A stretch of 64,000 nt of DNA, from the NCBI GenBank assembly GCA_973895155.1, contig OZ316893.1, positions 20,588,857-20,652,856 on the forward strand, in the 5' to 3' direction. This stretch comes from Marsupella aquatica. Taxonomy: Eukaryota; Plantae; Marchantiophyta. The notes under the pieces were generated by a model. That model was not told the origin of the DNA. It saw nothing but the letters and a program-made list of their open reading frames with translations, and did no database searches. The position numbers were made by a program, and so were the translations under genes. Shown here piece by piece: positions 61,401 through 64,000 of the stretch (position 1 is the first letter of the stretch; each line of letters starts with the position of its first letter).

Positions 61401-64000
61401 GCAAAGAGATCAGTACGTTAAGATCAGTGTGACTAACAGCAGTTTCCAATGCCCCAACAAATCAGAGCCGATGTTTACAAGAGGATCGGTGTAAGTTCGC
61501 CACATCCCGGCCGTCTCCGGCCAGTCTTGGAGAAGGTCGTGGATCCTCTCCCAGTTCTTCCGTATGTGAGCCTCTCAGATGGCAAACTGCACATACTAAT
61601 GTTAGCGTAGATAACCACTCATGTTCATTGAATCTTCCACCGTGACCTCGACATTTTCTCCCTGCAATTCCGTCCCGATATTTTGAATATCTGGCATACC
61701 GTCGATTAGTCCTCCGTGCCTTCTGCTTTATGGCACATTTCGTTTTGGTTGTATCATGATTTATAGTACAGCTGACTCGACTCCTTCGCTGTTTAGCCTA
61801 GATGAGTGCTTTTCAGTTCGGCCGGTTGTTGAATCTGGCTAACTATATGCATATATAGATCTTTGGTATAGAAAATCAAAATTCATTTGCTACAGACAAT
61901 GGCTATCACAAGGATTCAAACGAGACCTGTGAACACGTTTATATACGTAGTTAAACCAGTTCTTTTTGTCCAATTAAACTTATCAGGCCTTGCTATATAT
62001 ATATTGGTAATGTTATTTTTCTCCTCAGATCTGATAGTCTGGGATCCTCCGGACTCTCGTGCGTGTGATACGCATCTTCGCGAAGATCAATAATTAAGCA
62101 CAAAGCTAGAAATTTGTATCAATGCATACTTAGTCATTGACTCTTCGAGCTGATCAACACGGCACCAACCTAGACATTTTTTAACAATGAAGTAGCCATA
62201 TATAGACTCATCGGGTACCGTTTGTACCTATATATCTATAAATGCCACATTGCCCAAGCTACGTCAAGCTTAGCTTATCAGATACTTTTATGCTTATCCT
62301 TATGTCCTAATCACGCTTTCATCAGATTTGCGGAGCAGACGTTCCATCGATCGAGATATAAGATGACAAAATCAAATTGAAAATGATGAGCACATTCTTC
62401 TGGAGAAAGCACTCCGAAAAAAGCACATCCAGTAAGCTTTCCTTCCGATTGTGCCCCACCTTAACTTCGTGGAATGAAGACGGACGTACAGCCAATACTA
62501 CGATGGCCATCCATAAGCGAGTGATACAGCTCATTGATATGTAGTTCAAGCTTGAGCTGATCAATTTAGCAAGAACCTAAAACTTTCTACACAATGCATG
62601 TCATTAGTTCATGCTTCGAGCTCATCAATACAGCATGACCCTAGATTTTTCTATACAATGAATTAGTACTACTGAAGTAATACGCATGAATTTACCTGCC
62701 CAGGCCATGAAAGCTAAACTAACTGCATGGTACTGAAGAACGGCCTTTCAACCTTGCAGTAGAGCCCAGTTGTTAGAGCTCATGCGACACAAGCTCGATG
62801 CAGACAACTCGTCACCTGTCTGCACCGGATCTTTGATATATATACCTCTGCATCAGTCTCTAGAGAGGTGTTTCCCCGACGTGTTCATGAAATTCCAAGT
62901 AGAGGGACGGCTTCATTTCATTCGCGGTGAAAACTTTGTAGCTTTTCATGGTAGCCTCGTCGCATTTGCGAGTCTGTTACGTCCAACCTTGTTTCGTTTG
63001 TACATACATTCTTGTAAGTAAATATCTAATGTCCTAATCATGCTGTTTCATCAGATTTGCGGGAGTACACATTCCATCGAGATATAATAAGATGGAAACA
63101 TGAACTCTAAGATGGTGAACATGTTCTTCTTGTAGATAGCACTCTGAAAAAAGCAAATCCAATAAGTGGAAGAGTTCCGATTGGCCCCACCTTTGTGGCC
63201 GGGATGGAGATGGGAAGCCAATACGATGGCCACCCGAGACCTCGTCTACCAGACAAGGAGACAAAGGGCCAACATATGTGACGTCTATTTCAACACACTG
63301 TGCTCCCGGCTTTGATGTGGTACCGTGATCGATCACGCAATTGGAGTCAGTCGGGTGTATGTGGCTGCAGGACTTGCGGTACCTGTATCTTGCCGGAGAG
63401 GAGCCCGTGAGGTCGCCAAACGGGCAGCGAGAAGTCATACTGTTTCTCCAAAACGAGAAGTTTTCTGACGATCAATGACGTATCGGACCGTGGGCGACTA
63501 CGTCACGTCGCATCGATCCCCGTTGGTGCCCGGATACTTTGGAGGCACCATTGTGAACGGGAAGATACGGCCATTTCTGGACGATAACATGCTACCAGCT
63601 TCCACCTCTCGCTGGACAAGGAGAACATAACATGCATCCAAATTCCGTAAGAAAGTCTAGCTAGCTAGCTACCTATGACCAATGTTTCTTCCCGTTCATC
63701 AAAATGGTGTCAACGACAAATCATAACGTTAGCTAGCTTCCAGCAACGTTAGCTAGTTAACGTTCCAGCAACGTTAGCTAGCTTCCAGCAACGTTATGGA
63801 AGCTAGGCAAGGCGCTTTGTCCGCGGCCGGGTAACTGATGGATCGATCCTTCGTCAGAAACAACTTGTCTTGGAGAAATTGTATGATTTCACGTTCTTGT
63901 TTGACAACCGACGGGCTCCCCTCCGTCACTTCTACGGACGATATAAGGTCCCGTATATAAGTCCCGTATATAAGTCCAATTGTGTGATCGATCATGCTAC
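55445..64000. repeat. ~4.4-kb tandem segmental duplication (copy A from 55445, copy B from 59865, running off the window) of pseudogenic gene fragments
   Basis: ATCGACATATTTGAT..TACATATGGATACGTTTAAGCCCT occurs at 55445 and 59865 and the copies stay colinear, with paired ORF fragments (55804/60223, 56371/60875, 58991/63774). B has an extra internal duplication (~62680-63010 = ~60790-61110), and an older partial copy lies at ~54650-55445. Confidence 0.9.

Overview
This is eukaryotic DNA from a land plant, probably a non-seed plant (spliceosomal GT-AG introns, a UBC33/34 orthologue, TTTAGGG motifs). 1-17.5 kb holds three host genes: an intronless coiled-coil RING protein truncated at the window start, a 9-exon ER-anchored E2 (UBC33/34, Ubc6 class), and a 4-exon acidic disordered protein. 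From ~20 kb on the window is mostly mobile or repetitive DNA. The standout is a ~27-kb block (~25.1-52.2 kb) with two divergent spliced genes. One is an intact ~1075-aa Sola-like DDD transposase with two En/Spm-Tnp1-like N-terminal domains. The other is a damaged cargo gene with a ParB/Srx-like domain, a degenerate beta-class amino-methyltransferase-like region, 31-aa repeats and FCP1-like HAD domain(s). The introns and flanks of both genes, and nothing else I saw in the window, carry many copies of the palindrome AACCATGGTT (15 perfect copies by manual scan). I infer a giant transposon with its own DNA-binding protein and cognate-site system. MITEs, retroelement remnants and tandem duplications are nested in and around it, and 55.4-64 kb is a ~4.4-kb tandem duplication of pseudogenic fragments. 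All domain calls are by eye from motifs; no database searches were run.
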